64,000 nt of DNA from an uncultured Chloroflexia bacterium (GCA_963713975.1 OY970218.1:1792001-1856000); one strand, 5' to 3'. Shown: positions 50,097 through 60,556, counted from the stretch's first letter. Notes: generated by a model from the letters alone, not told the origin. Numbers and translations: made by a program.

Positions 50097-50224
50097 AAGG
50101 ACGATTGCTCGTCACATCTGGATGCCCGGGAGGTGCCGATGCGGTGGCAGAACCGGCGCCCGGTGCATGGATGTCGTCGGGATTTCCTGTTCGCCACCCA
50201 GTGGGGTGACGAGCAGCTGTCCTT
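50097..50224. ncRNA. Candidate long-hairpin structured RNA
   Basis: aaggac/gtcctt, tgctcgtcac/gtgacgagca and further inner stems in an intergenic gap. Confidence 0.4.
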
Positions 50225-50271
50225 TGGTTAAGCGTCAGGAAGGAGGGCCCGGCCGTCCGCGGGCCCGGCCG

Positions 50272-51267
50272 CTACTCCTCGCCCAGGTGGACGGCCGGCT
50301 GGGGCAGGGGCGGCTCGTCAGGGTCCGCGGCGGCTGCCGCGGCACGTCCGCGGGTCTGCGAGAGCAGCACCCCGGCGAGGATCAGGGCGCCGCCGACCCA
50401 CTGGACCGGCGCCAGGTGCTCGTCCAGGAGGATCGAGGCGGCCAGGATGGTCCACAGCGGCTCGACTGTGGAGACAAGGGATGCCTGCGCCGCGCCCACA
50501 CGCTGGGCCCCGGCGTAGAACGCCTGCACGGCCAGGAACCCGGCCACGACGGCGACGCCCAGGATCCCCGGCCACGCGGCGGGGGGGATGGCATCGGGCA
50601 GCACCGGGTGTCCAGTGCCGAGGTTGACCGTCCAGTAGACGACCGCCGTGGCACTGAGCATCACGGCGCCCACTACGGAGGCGTTCGCCCCGTTGCTCGA
50701 CTCGTGCCCCGTGCGGTCCCGGCGCTCGCCCGAATGGCGGGCGGCCAGGATGATCCAGACCGAGTACAGGAGCGGCGAGGCGATGATCAGGAGGAGGCCG
50801 TCGAGCGGCGGTGCGCTGTCGGCGCTGATGCCGCCCACCGCCAGGACGACGCCGGCGACGGCGATCGCGAGGGCCGTCCATGCGCGACGCCCCTCGAGGG
50901 GCCGGCCCAGGCGCAGGGCAAGCACGGCGACGACGGGCGGGTAGATGTAGACGATGAGAGCGGCCAGGGAGAGGTCCACCGTGGTGATGCCCGCGTAGTA
51001 CGTGGCGGTGTTGCTGACGTACAGCACGCCAAGGCCGATGGTCGCCAGCAGGGCCTTGCGCGGGATCGAGCGCAGCGCGCGGCGTGCCTCGGGCCGTGCG
51101 AGCAGCACCACCCACGCCAGGGCCCCGGCGATGCCGAACCGCCACGCCATGAGCGTCAGCCAGTCGATGCCCGCGTCGTACGCCGGGCGGGCGAACAGGC
51201 CGCCGGAGCCGAAGGCGATGGCGGAGACGACGACGAGGATGATGCCGGTCAGGCGGGCTCTGTCCAC
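50272..51267 (-). CDS. DMT/EamA family transporter
   Basis: About 10 TM segments, 'Y.YP', 'STVEP', 'GGALIL.G'. Confidence 0.9.
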   Translation of the reverse strand: MDRARLTGIILVVVSAIAFGSGGLFARPAYDAGIDWLTLMAWRFGIAGALAWVVLLARPEARRALRSIPRKALLATIGLGVLYVSNTATYYAGITTVDLSLAALIVYIYPPVVAVLALRLGRPLEGRRAWTALAIAVAGVVLAVGGISADSAPPLDGLLLIIASPLLYSVWIILAARHSGERRDRTGHESSNGANASVVGAVMLSATAVVYWTVNLGTGHPVLPDAIPPAAWPGILGVAVVAGFLAVQAFYAGAQRVGAAQASLVSTVEPLWTILAASILLDEHLAPVQWVGGALILAGVLLSQTRGRAAAAAADPDEPPLPQPAVHLGEE

Positions 51268-51451
51268 CCGATCGAGGGTAGCGAACGTGGACGGCGGAGC
51301 GGGGTCCGCTCGGCCCACCGCGGCCGTGACCGGGGCGGGCGTGCTCGCCACCGCCAAAGGGCCGCCCGTCCCCCTTGTGGGAGCCCTATGGCCGGTCGCA
51401 ACCGTGCCGCAACAGACGGCTCGATCCGCCCGCGACGCGTACACTTGGTCC

Positions 51452-51964
51452 GTGGCTAATCTCACTGAGCGCGCCGTAGCAGCGCGCGTTCCCGCCCTCG
51501 TCTCCCAACCCCTCATGGTGCTCAGCCGCCGGCAGCCCGTCTCCGTCGCGCCGGGAACCACGATCGCCGAGTGCCTGCTGGCCATCCAGCGCACCGGGAC
51601 CGGGGACTCCGTGTTCGTGGCGGACGAGAACGGGCGTCTCGCCGGCGTGCTCACGGAGCGCGACGTCTTCAGCCGCCTGGTGGGCCCGGACGTGGGCCAG
51701 GGTGTGGACGTCGACTCGCCGGTCGAGATGTTCATGACCGTGAACCCGAACACGCTGCGCCTCGATCAGACCGTGCTGGATGCGCTGGTGCTGATGCAGT
51801 CGAGCCGCTATCGGAATGTCCCCGTCGTGGACGAGGATGGACTCCTCGTCGGGGTGGTGCGCCAGGTCGACATCCTCAAGTACCTCGCGGAATCGTTCCC
51901 CGAGGAACTGCTAAATCTGCCGCCCCGACCACATCAGCGAATGGAGCAGGCCGAAGGCGGATGA
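51452..51964 (+). CDS. CBS domain protein
   Basis: L.GV.TERD, MT.NP, R.VPVVD..G...GVV...DI. Confidence 0.9.
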   Translation: MANLTERAVAARVPALVSQPLMVLSRRQPVSVAPGTTIAECLLAIQRTGTGDSVFVADENGRLAGVLTERDVFSRLVGPDVGQGVDVDSPVEMFMTVNPNTLRLDQTVLDALVLMQSSRYRNVPVVDEDGLLVGVVRQVDILKYLAESFPEELLNLPPRPHQRMEQAEGG

Positions 51965-53832
51965 CGACGACACCTGAAGGGATCGAGCGCGAAGTCCAGC
52001 TGCTCGATCGGGTCACGATCCGGTTCGCGGGCGACTCCGGCGACGGCATGCAGCTCACCGGGACCCAGTTCACCAGGACGGCCGCCGTCTTTGGCAACGA
52101 CGTCAGCACCTACCCGGACTACCCGGCCGAGATCCGCGCACCCGCCGGCTCCCTGCCCGGCGTGTCCGGGTTCCAGATCAGCTTCTCCGCGTCGGACATC
52201 CATACCCCCGGTGACGCTCCGGACGTGCTGGTCGCCATGAACCCCGCCGCCCTCAAGACCAACGTCGTGGACGTGCCTCCCGGCGGTGCGGTGATCGTCA
52301 ACGCGGACGCCTTCACGCCATCGAACCTGTCGAAGGCCGCCTACGCGTCGAACCCGCTTACGGACGACTCGCTCAAGGCCTACAAGGTCTTCGAGGTCCC
52401 CATCAGCACCCTCAACGCGCGTGCGCTGGAGGGGCTGGAGATGACCAGCAAGCAGGTCGACCTGACGAAGAACTTCTTCGCCCTGGGCCTGATGTTCTGG
52501 CTCTACGAGCGGTCGATGGAGCCCACCCTCGAGTGGATCGACCAGAAGTTCGCCAGCCGGGCGGTGGTCGCGGAGGCCAACCGGCTTGCGCTGAACGCCG
52601 GCTACGCCTTCGGCGAGACCACCGAGATGTTCCACACCACCTACCGGGTTCCCAAGGCAAAGCTGGCTCCGGGGACGTACCGCAACATCACGGGCAACGA
52701 GGCCACCGCACTCGGGTTCCTCACGGCGGCCAGCCTCGCGAAGCGGGACCTGTTCTACGGGTCCTACCCGATCACGCCCGCCTCGGACATCCTCCACCAG
52801 CTGGCAGGCTACAAGTCGTTCGGCGTCCGCACCTTCCAGGCGGAGGACGAGATCGCGGCCATGGGCGCCACGATCGGCGCCGCGTATGGCGGTGCACTCG
52901 CGCTGACGGGAACGTCCGGTCCAGGTGTCGCCCTCAAGGCGGAGGCGATGGGCCTCGCGGTCATGACCGAGCTCCCGATGGTGATCGTCAACGTCCAGCG
53001 TGCCGGTCCGTCCACGGGGTTGCCCACCAAGGTCGAGCAGGCGGACCTGCTCCAGGTGCTCTACGGCCGCAACGGCGAATCGCCGATGCCCGTCCTGGCG
53101 CCGGCGACGCCTGCCGACTGCTTCGAGTTGGCCATCGAGGCCTCGCGCATCGCCCTCAAGTACATGACCCCGGTCGCGTACCTATCGGATGCGTTCGTGG
53201 GCAACGGGGCGGAGCCATGGCGGATCCCGGATCTCGCGGAGCTGCCGGACATCTCCATCCCCAACGCCGTGAAGGACGAGGGTACGTTCCTGCCGTACGG
53301 CCGGGACCCGGAGACGCTGTCGCGGCCGTGGGCCGTTCCCGGCACGGCCGGCCTCGAGCACCGGATCGGCGGCCTGGAGAAGCTTGACGGCCTGGGCACC
53401 GTCAGCTACGACTCGGACAACCACCACCGGATGACGCAGCTGCGGGCCGCCAAGATCGCAGGGATCGCGCAGGACATCCCGCCGCTCGAGACGTTCGGCG
53501 TCGACGAGGGCGAGCTCCTGATCCTCGGCTGGGGCTCCACCTATGGTGCGCTCCGGAGCGCGACCGAGATCCTGGTGGACCAAGGCAGGTCCGTGGCACA
53601 TGCCCACCTGCGCTACCTCAACCCGTTCCCGGCCAACACCGGCGAGGTCCTGCAGCGTTTCCGCACCGTGCTGGTGCCCGAGCTCAACCTCGGCCAGCTG
53701 TCATTCGTGATCCGGGGCACCTACCTCGTGGATGCCATCAGCTACGGCAGGGTCCGAGGCAAGCCGTTCCGGATCGCCGAGATCGTGGCCGAGGCGGAGC
53801 GCCTGCTGGCCGAGCGGGAGGTCTCTCGATGA
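51961..53832 (+). CDS. korA: 2-oxoacid:ferredoxin oxidoreductase alpha subunit
   Basis: AGDSGDG, YPITPAS, EDEIAA, TSGPG, QRAGPSTG. Confidence 0.95.
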   Translation: MTTTPEGIEREVQLLDRVTIRFAGDSGDGMQLTGTQFTRTAAVFGNDVSTYPDYPAEIRAPAGSLPGVSGFQISFSASDIHTPGDAPDVLVAMNPAALKTNVVDVPPGGAVIVNADAFTPSNLSKAAYASNPLTDDSLKAYKVFEVPISTLNARALEGLEMTSKQVDLTKNFFALGLMFWLYERSMEPTLEWIDQKFASRAVVAEANRLALNAGYAFGETTEMFHTTYRVPKAKLAPGTYRNITGNEATALGFLTAASLAKRDLFYGSYPITPASDILHQLAGYKSFGVRTFQAEDEIAAMGATIGAAYGGALALTGTSGPGVALKAEAMGLAVMTELPMVIVNVQRAGPSTGLPTKVEQADLLQVLYGRNGESPMPVLAPATPADCFELAIEASRIALKYMTPVAYLSDAFVGNGAEPWRIPDLAELPDISIPNAVKDEGTFLPYGRDPETLSRPWAVPGTAGLEHRIGGLEKLDGLGTVSYDSDNHHRMTQLRAAKIAGIAQDIPPLETFGVDEGELLILGWGSTYGALRSATEILVDQGRSVAHAHLRYLNPFPANTGEVLQRFRTVLVPELNLGQLSFVIRGTYLVDAISYGRVRGKPFRIAEIVAEAERLLAEREVSR

Positions 53833-54878
53833 CCGAGACGACGGCCGGCCCGGCCCCGGTCGAGGGTGGCCTGATCAAGCTCACGCGCAAGGACTTCGTG
53901 GCGCCGCAGGAGGTCCGCTGGTGCCCGGGCTGCGGGGACTACTCCATCCTCGCCCAGACCCAGAAGGTGATGCCGGACTTCGGCGTGCCGCGGGAGAACA
54001 TCGTCTTCATCTCCGGCATCGGCTGCTCCGGGCGCCTGCCGTACTACATGAACACCTACGGGTTCCACTCGATCCACGGCAGGGCACCAACGCTCGCCAC
54101 GGGTCTGCGGATCTCGCGGCCGGACCTGATGGTCTGGGTGATCACGGGTGACGGGGACGCCTTGTCGATCGGCGGGAACCACTTCCTGCACTCGATGCGC
54201 CGGAACCTTGACTTCACGATGGTGATGCACAACAACCGCATCTACGGCCTCACCAAGGGCCAGGCATCGCCCACGTCGGAGTTCGGCAAGCGGACCAAGT
54301 CCACACCGATGGGCTCCACGGACCGGCCGATCATGCCGCTGACGATCGCCCTCGCGGCGGAGGCGACGTTCGTGGCGCGCACGGTCGACACCCACACCGA
54401 GCACCTTCACGCCACGCTCGAGGCGGCCGGGCGCCACCGTGGTGCCTCGTTCATCGAGGTCCTGCAGAACTGCAACATCTTCAACGACGGCGCATGGCGC
54501 GACTTCACCGAGCGCGACGTCCGCGATGACCGGATGCTATTCCTGGAGCACGGCAAGCCGCTCATCTACGGCAAGGACCGCAACATGGGCATCCGCCTGC
54601 GCGGCCTGCACCCCGAGGTCGTGACGATCGGGGAGGACGGCGTGACCGAGGAGGACCTGGTCGTTCACGACCAGCACGCCGAAGACCCCTATCTCGCCCT
54701 CATCCTGTCGCGCATGTTCTGGCCCGAGTTCCCGGTGCCGGTCGGCGTCCTGCGCGAGGTGGAGCGGCCCACGCAATCAGATCTCATCGAAGCCCAGATC
54801 GAGCAGGCCATCGCGAAGTCCGGACCAGGCGACCTGGTGCAGGCGCTCCGAGCCGGCGAGACCTGGACAGTGGAGTAG
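53829..54878 (+). CDS. korB: 2-oxoacid:ferredoxin oxidoreductase beta subunit
   Basis: WCPGCGD, SGIGCS, GDGD, NN.IYGLTKGQ.SPT. Confidence 0.95.
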   Translation: MTETTAGPAPVEGGLIKLTRKDFVAPQEVRWCPGCGDYSILAQTQKVMPDFGVPRENIVFISGIGCSGRLPYYMNTYGFHSIHGRAPTLATGLRISRPDLMVWVITGDGDALSIGGNHFLHSMRRNLDFTMVMHNNRIYGLTKGQASPTSEFGKRTKSTPMGSTDRPIMPLTIALAAEATFVARTVDTHTEHLHATLEAAGRHRGASFIEVLQNCNIFNDGAWRDFTERDVRDDRMLFLEHGKPLIYGKDRNMGIRLRGLHPEVVTIGEDGVTEEDLVVHDQHAEDPYLALILSRMFWPEFPVPVGVLREVERPTQSDLIEAQIEQAIAKSGPGDLVQALRAGETWTVE

Positions 54879-54881
54879 ACG

Positions 54882-55382
54882 ATGCTCTGTCCGAACTGCC
54901 ACACCGACAATTTTGAGGGCGAGGACACCTGCGCCAACTGCTCTGCCGACCTGTCAACCGCGGACACGCCGCAGGCGGTGGGCGACTATCAGGACACGAT
55001 CCTGGGCGATCACCTGGATGCGCTCGGCCTCGGCTCGCCGACAGTGGTCGACCCCGGCATGCCGGTGGCTGCCGCGATCCGGCTGATGCACGAGAGCGGC
55101 GGCGATTGCCTCGTGGTCTGCGACCAGGGGCGCGTGGTCGGGGTGTTCACGGACCGCGACGCGGCGGTCAAGGCGGTCGACAAGCGGCTCGGCCTGTTCC
55201 GGATCCGCGACTTCATGACCCCCGACCCGGTGATCCTGAGGCGGGAGGACACGATCGCCGTGGCCATCCACAAGATGGCGGTTGGTGGCTTCCGCCACAT
55301 CCCACTCGTCGACGATGGCGAGCTCATCGGCGTGGTGTCCGCCGCAGACGTCTTCCGTCACCTCGTCGCCTCGCTCGCGTGA
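54882..55382 (+). CDS. Zn-ribbon + CBS domain protein
   Basis: CPNC...CANC; GVFTDRD, MTPDP, GFRHIP. Confidence 0.88.
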   Translation: MLCPNCHTDNFEGEDTCANCSADLSTADTPQAVGDYQDTILGDHLDALGLGSPTVVDPGMPVAAAIRLMHESGGDCLVVCDQGRVVGVFTDRDAAVKAVDKRLGLFRIRDFMTPDPVILRREDTIAVAIHKMAVGGFRHIPLVDDGELIGVVSAADVFRHLVASLA

Positions 55383-55777
55383 CGGGCGGCCCGGCCGCGG
55401 CCCGGCCGCGGATCGCGGTCCTCGCCGACGACTTGATCTGGTCCACGCGCCTTGCCGACGGTGTCCGGCGCGTTGGGGGTGAGGAGGTGCCCGTGCGCTC
55501 GGCGGCAGGGCTGGCGGGCGTCCTGGCGATGGTCGATGGCTGTATCGTCGACCTGACCGCCCGCGCCTACGACGGCCTCGCCTGTGTCGCGACGGCCACC
55601 GCCGCGGGAGTGCCGGTGGTCGCCCTCGGCCAGCACGATGACGCAGATGCCAGAAGCGCGGCCCGGAACGCCGGTGCAACCCGAGTGTTCGCCTACCGGT
55701 CCCTGTTCGATCACGGTGATCGCGAGCTCGGAACCTGGATCGCCAGCCTGTCGCACGGCCCAAAGGAGCAGTCATGA
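55379..55777 (+). CDS. Receiver-like hypothetical protein
   Basis: 'IAVLADDL', 'IVDL', 'V.LGQH...A..AGA' CheY-like pattern; coupled to neighbours on both sides. Confidence 0.6.
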   Translation: MTGGPAAARPRIAVLADDLIWSTRLADGVRRVGGEEVPVRSAAGLAGVLAMVDGCIVDLTARAYDGLACVATATAAGVPVVALGQHDDADARSAARNAGATRVFAYRSLFDHGDRELGTWIASLSHGPKEQS

Positions 55778-56943
55778 GCACGGCAATCAGCCCGGAACGG
55801 TACGCGGAGCGGCTGGCAGTCGCCCGCAGCGCGGTGGCAGCGGCGGGGCTGGATGCGATGCTCGTGGGGGTCGGAGCGGACTTGCGGTACCTCGCGGGGT
55901 ACGAGGCGCTGCCACTCGAGCGATTGACGCTGCTGGTGATCCCCGCGGCCGGGGACGCGCCGATGACCCTGGTCGCACCGCGCCTGGAGGCCATGCCCGC
56001 CCGGAGCTGCCCTGCGGCGGTGTCCGGGACCGTCTCCGTTGCCACCTGGGAGGAGACGGAGGACCCCATGGAGCTGGTCGCGGCGTCGCTGGCGGCCGCC
56101 GTGGGCCGGCCCGCGGGCGAGGTCGCAGCCGTAGCGGTCTCGGACGGGTTGCGGGCCGCGTTCGTGCTCGGACTCCAGCGGGTGCTCCCGGGGGCACGGT
56201 TCTCGGTCGCCTCGTCCGTGCTTCGGGCGCTGCGGATGCGCAAGGATCCCGAGGAGGTGACGCTGCTGCGCGCCGCTGCACAGGCTGCCGATCGCGTGGT
56301 GTGGGCGGTCGCACACGGGCCGCTGGTCGGACGTAAGGAGGCTGACGTGGCTCGCGAGATCCGCGAGCGCCTCGTGGCCGAAGGTCACGAGCACGCCGAG
56401 TTCTCCATCGTCGCCTCGGGTCCCAACAGCGCTTCGCCGCACCACGAGCCCGGCGATCGCGTCATCGCCGCAGGCGAGCCGATCGTGATCGACATCGGCG
56501 GCACCGTGCGCGGCTACGGCTCCGACATCACGCGCACGGTGTGGGTCACCGGAGGCGACCCGTCGAAGGGACCGCACCCGGACTTCGTCGCGCTGTACGT
56601 CGTGCTCCAGCACGCGCAGGCCGCGGCCACGGCCGTGGTCCGCCCGGGGATCACCTGCGAGCGCGTCGACATGGTCGCCCGGTCCATGATCACCGACTCC
56701 GGCTACGGTCCGCAGTTCTTCCACCGGACTGGTCACGGCATCGGTCTCGAGGGCCATGAGGAGCCGTACCTCGTCGACGGCAACCGCGAGCGCATGGCCG
56801 AGGGCATGGCGTTCAGCGTGGAGCCCGGCATCTATCTCGAGGGCCGGTTCGGCGCCCGCATCGAGGACATCGTCGTGTGCGGCGACGACGGGCCGATCGT
56901 GCTCAACGAGCTGGTCCGGGACCTGCTCGTCGTGTCCGGGTGA
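55774..56943 (+). CDS. Xaa-Pro peptidase (M24)
   Basis: SGPN.A.PH, D.GG...GY.SDITR, HRTGHGIG, EPGIY, RIED. Confidence 0.93.
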   Translation: MSTAISPERYAERLAVARSAVAAAGLDAMLVGVGADLRYLAGYEALPLERLTLLVIPAAGDAPMTLVAPRLEAMPARSCPAAVSGTVSVATWEETEDPMELVAASLAAAVGRPAGEVAAVAVSDGLRAAFVLGLQRVLPGARFSVASSVLRALRMRKDPEEVTLLRAAAQAADRVVWAVAHGPLVGRKEADVAREIRERLVAEGHEHAEFSIVASGPNSASPHHEPGDRVIAAGEPIVIDIGGTVRGYGSDITRTVWVTGGDPSKGPHPDFVALYVVLQHAQAAATAVVRPGITCERVDMVARSMITDSGYGPQFFHRTGHGIGLEGHEEPYLVDGNRERMAEGMAFSVEPGIYLEGRFGARIEDIVVCGDDGPIVLNELVRDLLVVSG

Positions 56944-57117
56944 GCGGAGTAGACGCCCGTTGCGACGGGCGCCACGACGCCGGTCCGGACGGGCGTCGTG
57001 GGGCGGTCCCGGGCGAGCGGAGGTATCATCCGCCGACCGGTCGGGCCCCGACCGTCCCGAGAGCCCAACGATGACGAACCTTCCCGCGGTGGCCTCGCCG
57101 CCCCGCATCGACGGCCG

Positions 57118-57711
57118 ATGAGCCGTCACGGCCGTCACGGCCGTCACCAGACTCAGGGTAGTCCCGGGCGTCCGCGCCCCGCGCCTCAGGCGTCGGAGCG
57201 CCCTGCGTCGCCGGTGGACACGCGACCCGCCGATGGCCCCGCGGGCGCGCCGGAGGCATCGACCGCTCCGCGTTCCGTGCCCCGGCCTGCCGGGTCCGCG
57301 CCGGTCGAGGCCCCGGGCGCGTCCGCACCAATCGTGGTCGCCGCGCCCGCCCGGCGCCCAGATCCCGTGCCAGCCCCGGGTCCCTTGCCAGCCCTCGACG
57401 GCGGGCTCAGGGTCGACCTCCAGCCTTCCGGTCCCACGTGCACCGTCGCCCAGCTGCGCCGCTTCATCAAGAGCCGGCCCTGGATACCGATGCACGAGCT
57501 GCGCCGCCGGTTCGGCATCTACGGCGGGGACGACGATGTCTCGCCCATCCGCGTCGGCGAGCACACGCTGTTCGTCGGGCTGCCGCCCGCGGAGAGCCGC
57601 CTGATGGCCGAGCTCCTGTCCGGCGGCGACGTCGGCTACGAGCTGTCGCTTGACCCGCGCACGCCCGTGGTGGTGGGCGTATACCCCATGCGGCCCGTCC
57701 CCCGGGGCTGA
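57118..57711 (+). CDS. Hypothetical protein
   Basis: Low-complexity N-terminus and a globular-looking C-terminus (LRRFIKSRP...GYELS.DP). Confidence 0.6.
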   Translation: MSRHGRHGRHQTQGSPGRPRPAPQASERPASPVDTRPADGPAGAPEASTAPRSVPRPAGSAPVEAPGASAPIVVAAPARRPDPVPAPGPLPALDGGLRVDLQPSGPTCTVAQLRRFIKSRPWIPMHELRRRFGIYGGDDDVSPIRVGEHTLFVGLPPAESRLMAELLSGGDVGYELSLDPRTPVVVGVYPMRPVPRG

Positions 57712-57753
57712 CCCCGGCGCCCGGCCGGAGTGGAGCCCTCCGCGCTCCCTGGA

Positions 57754-59577
57754 CTAGATCCCGGCGTCGTACGCCTTGGGCAGTGCCTCCACGACCGGCG
57801 CCTTCGTGCGCAGATCCCGCAACGCGGCCTGGTCCATCGAGGCAAGGCGCGGCAGGTCCGCCTGGTTGCTGCGCAGGAGCCGCTCGGTGAGCGTGGACAG
57901 CAGCAGCTTGTTGACTTCGGGGACCTCCATCACCGCGCGCAGAGATTCGGCCGGAACCTCCATCAGTGTGCTGGCCTGCGTGGCCACGACGTCCGCCGTG
58001 CGCGGGCTGCCCGTGAGCGCGGCGATCTCCCCGAAGAAGTCGCCGGCGCTCATCGTGGACAGGCCGCGGTAGCCGCCGTCCGGCTCGGGAACACCTGCTG
58101 CGGCCTCGCCGTGGAGGATGAAGTAGGCGGCGGTCGCCTTGTCACCGTGCGTAACCAGCCGGGCGCCCTCGGGCACCTCGCGGAGCAGCGCGTTCCTGAT
58201 GAAGGCGGCACGCTGCGGGTCGGAGAGACGGGAGAAGGTGGCCAGGTGGCCGACGAGGTGGTCGAAGTCGCCCATCGTGGCCGGTCGGACCTCGCCGGCG
58301 CCAGTCGGAGTGGTGGCGCGCAGGGCAACCAGGCCACGTCGCCACTCCGCGGCCGGGCGACCGACACCCGGTGCCACCAGGGACACGAGGGCCACGACCA
58401 CCAGGATCAACGACGCCGCGATGATCATCGCCCGGATATCGAGGACGTCGGCCAGGCCGGCGGCGGCCATGCCCGCGAGGAAGATCACGTCGCGCATCAC
58501 GAACAGCGCCGAGAACACCCGGCCACGGAGCTCGCGCGGCGTGTGGCGCTGGAGGAGCGTCTGGCGGGCGACGGCGGGGGGCGAGTTGAAGAACCCGCTG
58601 ACCGTCACCCACACGATGGCGATGGTGATGGTCGGCGACAGGCCGTACAGGATTCCGGAGATGCCCATCCCCATCATGCCCACGAAGATCCACAGCCCGA
58701 TCTGTAGTCGGTCGGCGTAGCGGACCATGAACAGGCTGCCGAGCACGAACCCGACGGACGTCAGGCCCTCCTGGATCCCGTACTCGAACTCCGTGCCACC
58801 GAGGACCGTGATCGCCATCGGCAGGAGGAGGACGTTCCACAGGCCGAACGCGAAGAACGCCGGTGCGCCCAGCAGGAACAGGGAGCGCAGCATCGGGGTG
58901 TCCCAGATGGTGCGCACGCCGGTCTTGAGGTTGGCGATCACGACGCCGACCGTGGCCTCTTCGTCCGGGGCCTCCATCTTGACCCGCGTCCTCATGAAGT
59001 AGATGCAGCCCGCCGAGAACACGAACGTGAGCGCGTCGATCCAGAACGCCAGCCGGATGTCGATCGAGGCCAGCAGGCCGGCACCCGCAAAACCGATGGC
59101 CGTGGAGCCGAAGGACGCGATCTGCAGGAAGGCGTTGGCCGCCGTGAGCTCGTCGTCGCTCGCGATCTCCGGGATCAATGCCTCGTAGGCGGGATCGAAG
59201 AACTGCTTGACGCCGGCGTTGACGAGGATGGCCACGAACAGGAGCGCGGCGTTGACACCCAGCAGGAACGGGATGGTCGCCACCACCACGCCCTGAGCGA
59301 GGTTGCTGGCCATCATGACCTTGCGCCGGTCCCAGCGATCCACGAAGACGCCGGCGATGAGGCCGACGACGAGGCTCGGGATGGCCGTGGCCATCAGCGT
59401 GACGCCGACGAGGAACGCCGATCCGGTGACGCTGTAGACGTAGATCCCTGCCGCGAGGTCCGTGAGCGCCGAGCCGGCCGTGGAGACGAGCTGGGCCAGC
59501 CACATCAGGACGAAGTCGGGCTTCTTGAACACGGCGGTCGACGAGACGTGTGCGTTCACGACGCCGGCTTCACTCAT
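57754..59577 (-). CDS. MFS transporter with C-terminal cyclic-nucleotide-binding domain
   Basis: About 12 TM segments, GVFVDRWDRR; C-terminal 'G......Y.I..G ... GDFFGEIAAL...PRTADV'. Confidence 0.92.
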   Translation of the reverse strand: MSEAGVVNAHVSSTAVFKKPDFVLMWLAQLVSTAGSALTDLAAGIYVYSVTGSAFLVGVTLMATAIPSLVVGLIAGVFVDRWDRRKVMMASNLAQGVVVATIPFLLGVNAALLFVAILVNAGVKQFFDPAYEALIPEIASDDELTAANAFLQIASFGSTAIGFAGAGLLASIDIRLAFWIDALTFVFSAGCIYFMRTRVKMEAPDEEATVGVVIANLKTGVRTIWDTPMLRSLFLLGAPAFFAFGLWNVLLLPMAITVLGGTEFEYGIQEGLTSVGFVLGSLFMVRYADRLQIGLWIFVGMMGMGISGILYGLSPTITIAIVWVTVSGFFNSPPAVARQTLLQRHTPRELRGRVFSALFVMRDVIFLAGMAAAGLADVLDIRAMIIAASLILVVVALVSLVAPGVGRPAAEWRRGLVALRATTPTGAGEVRPATMGDFDHLVGHLATFSRLSDPQRAAFIRNALLREVPEGARLVTHGDKATAAYFILHGEAAAGVPEPDGGYRGLSTMSAGDFFGEIAALTGSPRTADVVATQASTLMEVPAESLRAVMEVPEVNKLLLSTLTERLLRSNQADLPRLASMDQAALRDLRTKAPVVEALPKAYDAGI

Positions 59578-59770
59578 CGCCTGACGCCCGCCATCCCCGG
59601 CTCATCCGCCGCCGCATCGATCCTCCCGGTCCGGGTCACGCCCTCCGGCGGCACGGGTCGACCCTGGGCAGGATCCCGGACGCGAGGACAGGCGCGCAGT
59701 GTACGACGCCCGACCGCTAGGATTCGCCCGTGTCCCGCACGAGTCGGGAGCCCGGCATGGAGGCACGGCG

Positions 59771-60556
59771 ATGAGCGATCCGCGCGACGCGGTCATCCTG
59801 CACGCGCTCGAGGAGGTCGCCGTGCGGGCGGCCGCCGCTGGCCGCCTGGAGCCCGCCGGCGGCGACGCCGTCCTGCGTTCCGTGGTCGAGGTGGCCGTCG
59901 CGGTGTTTGACGCGGCCGCCGCCTCCATCGCGCTTCACGATCCCGCGACGGACAGGCTGGTCATCCGGGTCGCGGCGGGGCCGGCAGGGGCCGGCGCGAT
60001 CGGGCTCACGCTGGCGAGCAGCGAGGGCATCGCCGGCTACGTGTTCACCACGGGCCAGCCGCTCGTCGTCAGCGACGTGACCGCGGACCCGCGCTTCGAC
60101 CGTGCGACGGCCGAGAGCACGGGCTATGTGCCCCGCTCGATCCTCGCCGTCCCCGTGCTCGCCGATGACGGCAGCATCGGGGTGCTCGAGGTGCTCGACG
60201 GCCGGGGGGATGCGGGTTTCGGGCTCCGGGACCTGGACCTGGCCTCCGTGTTCGCGCGGCAGGCCTCCGTCGTTGTCGGGGCGGGGCGCGTCGAGCGGGA
60301 CACCACCGAGCTGGTCCGACGCACGCTCGTGCACCTGGTCGAGGACCCAGATGCCGACGGACTGGCCATCGACGCGGCGGTGGCAGCGATCGCGGCCGGC
60401 CTGGATGGCGACGAGGGTGCCCAGCTCTGGGCACTGGCCGATGCCGTCGCCCGCGCACGACGTGCCGCGCCGGACCAGGTGGCGCTCGTCGTGGAGATCC
60501 TCGACGCGCTGGCCCGTCGCGCCCCGAGGTCCGGAGCGAGGACCCTGCGCCGGTGA
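59771..60556 (+). CDS. Stand-alone GAF domain protein
   Basis: EGIAGYV..TGQP...DV..DPRF, SILAVP, GVLEVLD. Confidence 0.88.
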   Translation: MSDPRDAVILHALEEVAVRAAAAGRLEPAGGDAVLRSVVEVAVAVFDAAAASIALHDPATDRLVIRVAAGPAGAGAIGLTLASSEGIAGYVFTTGQPLVVSDVTADPRFDRATAESTGYVPRSILAVPVLADDGSIGVLEVLDGRGDAGFGLRDLDLASVFARQASVVVGAGRVERDTTELVRRTLVHLVEDPDADGLAIDAAVAAIAAGLDGDEGAQLWALADAVARARRAAPDQVALVVEILDALARRAPRSGARTLRR

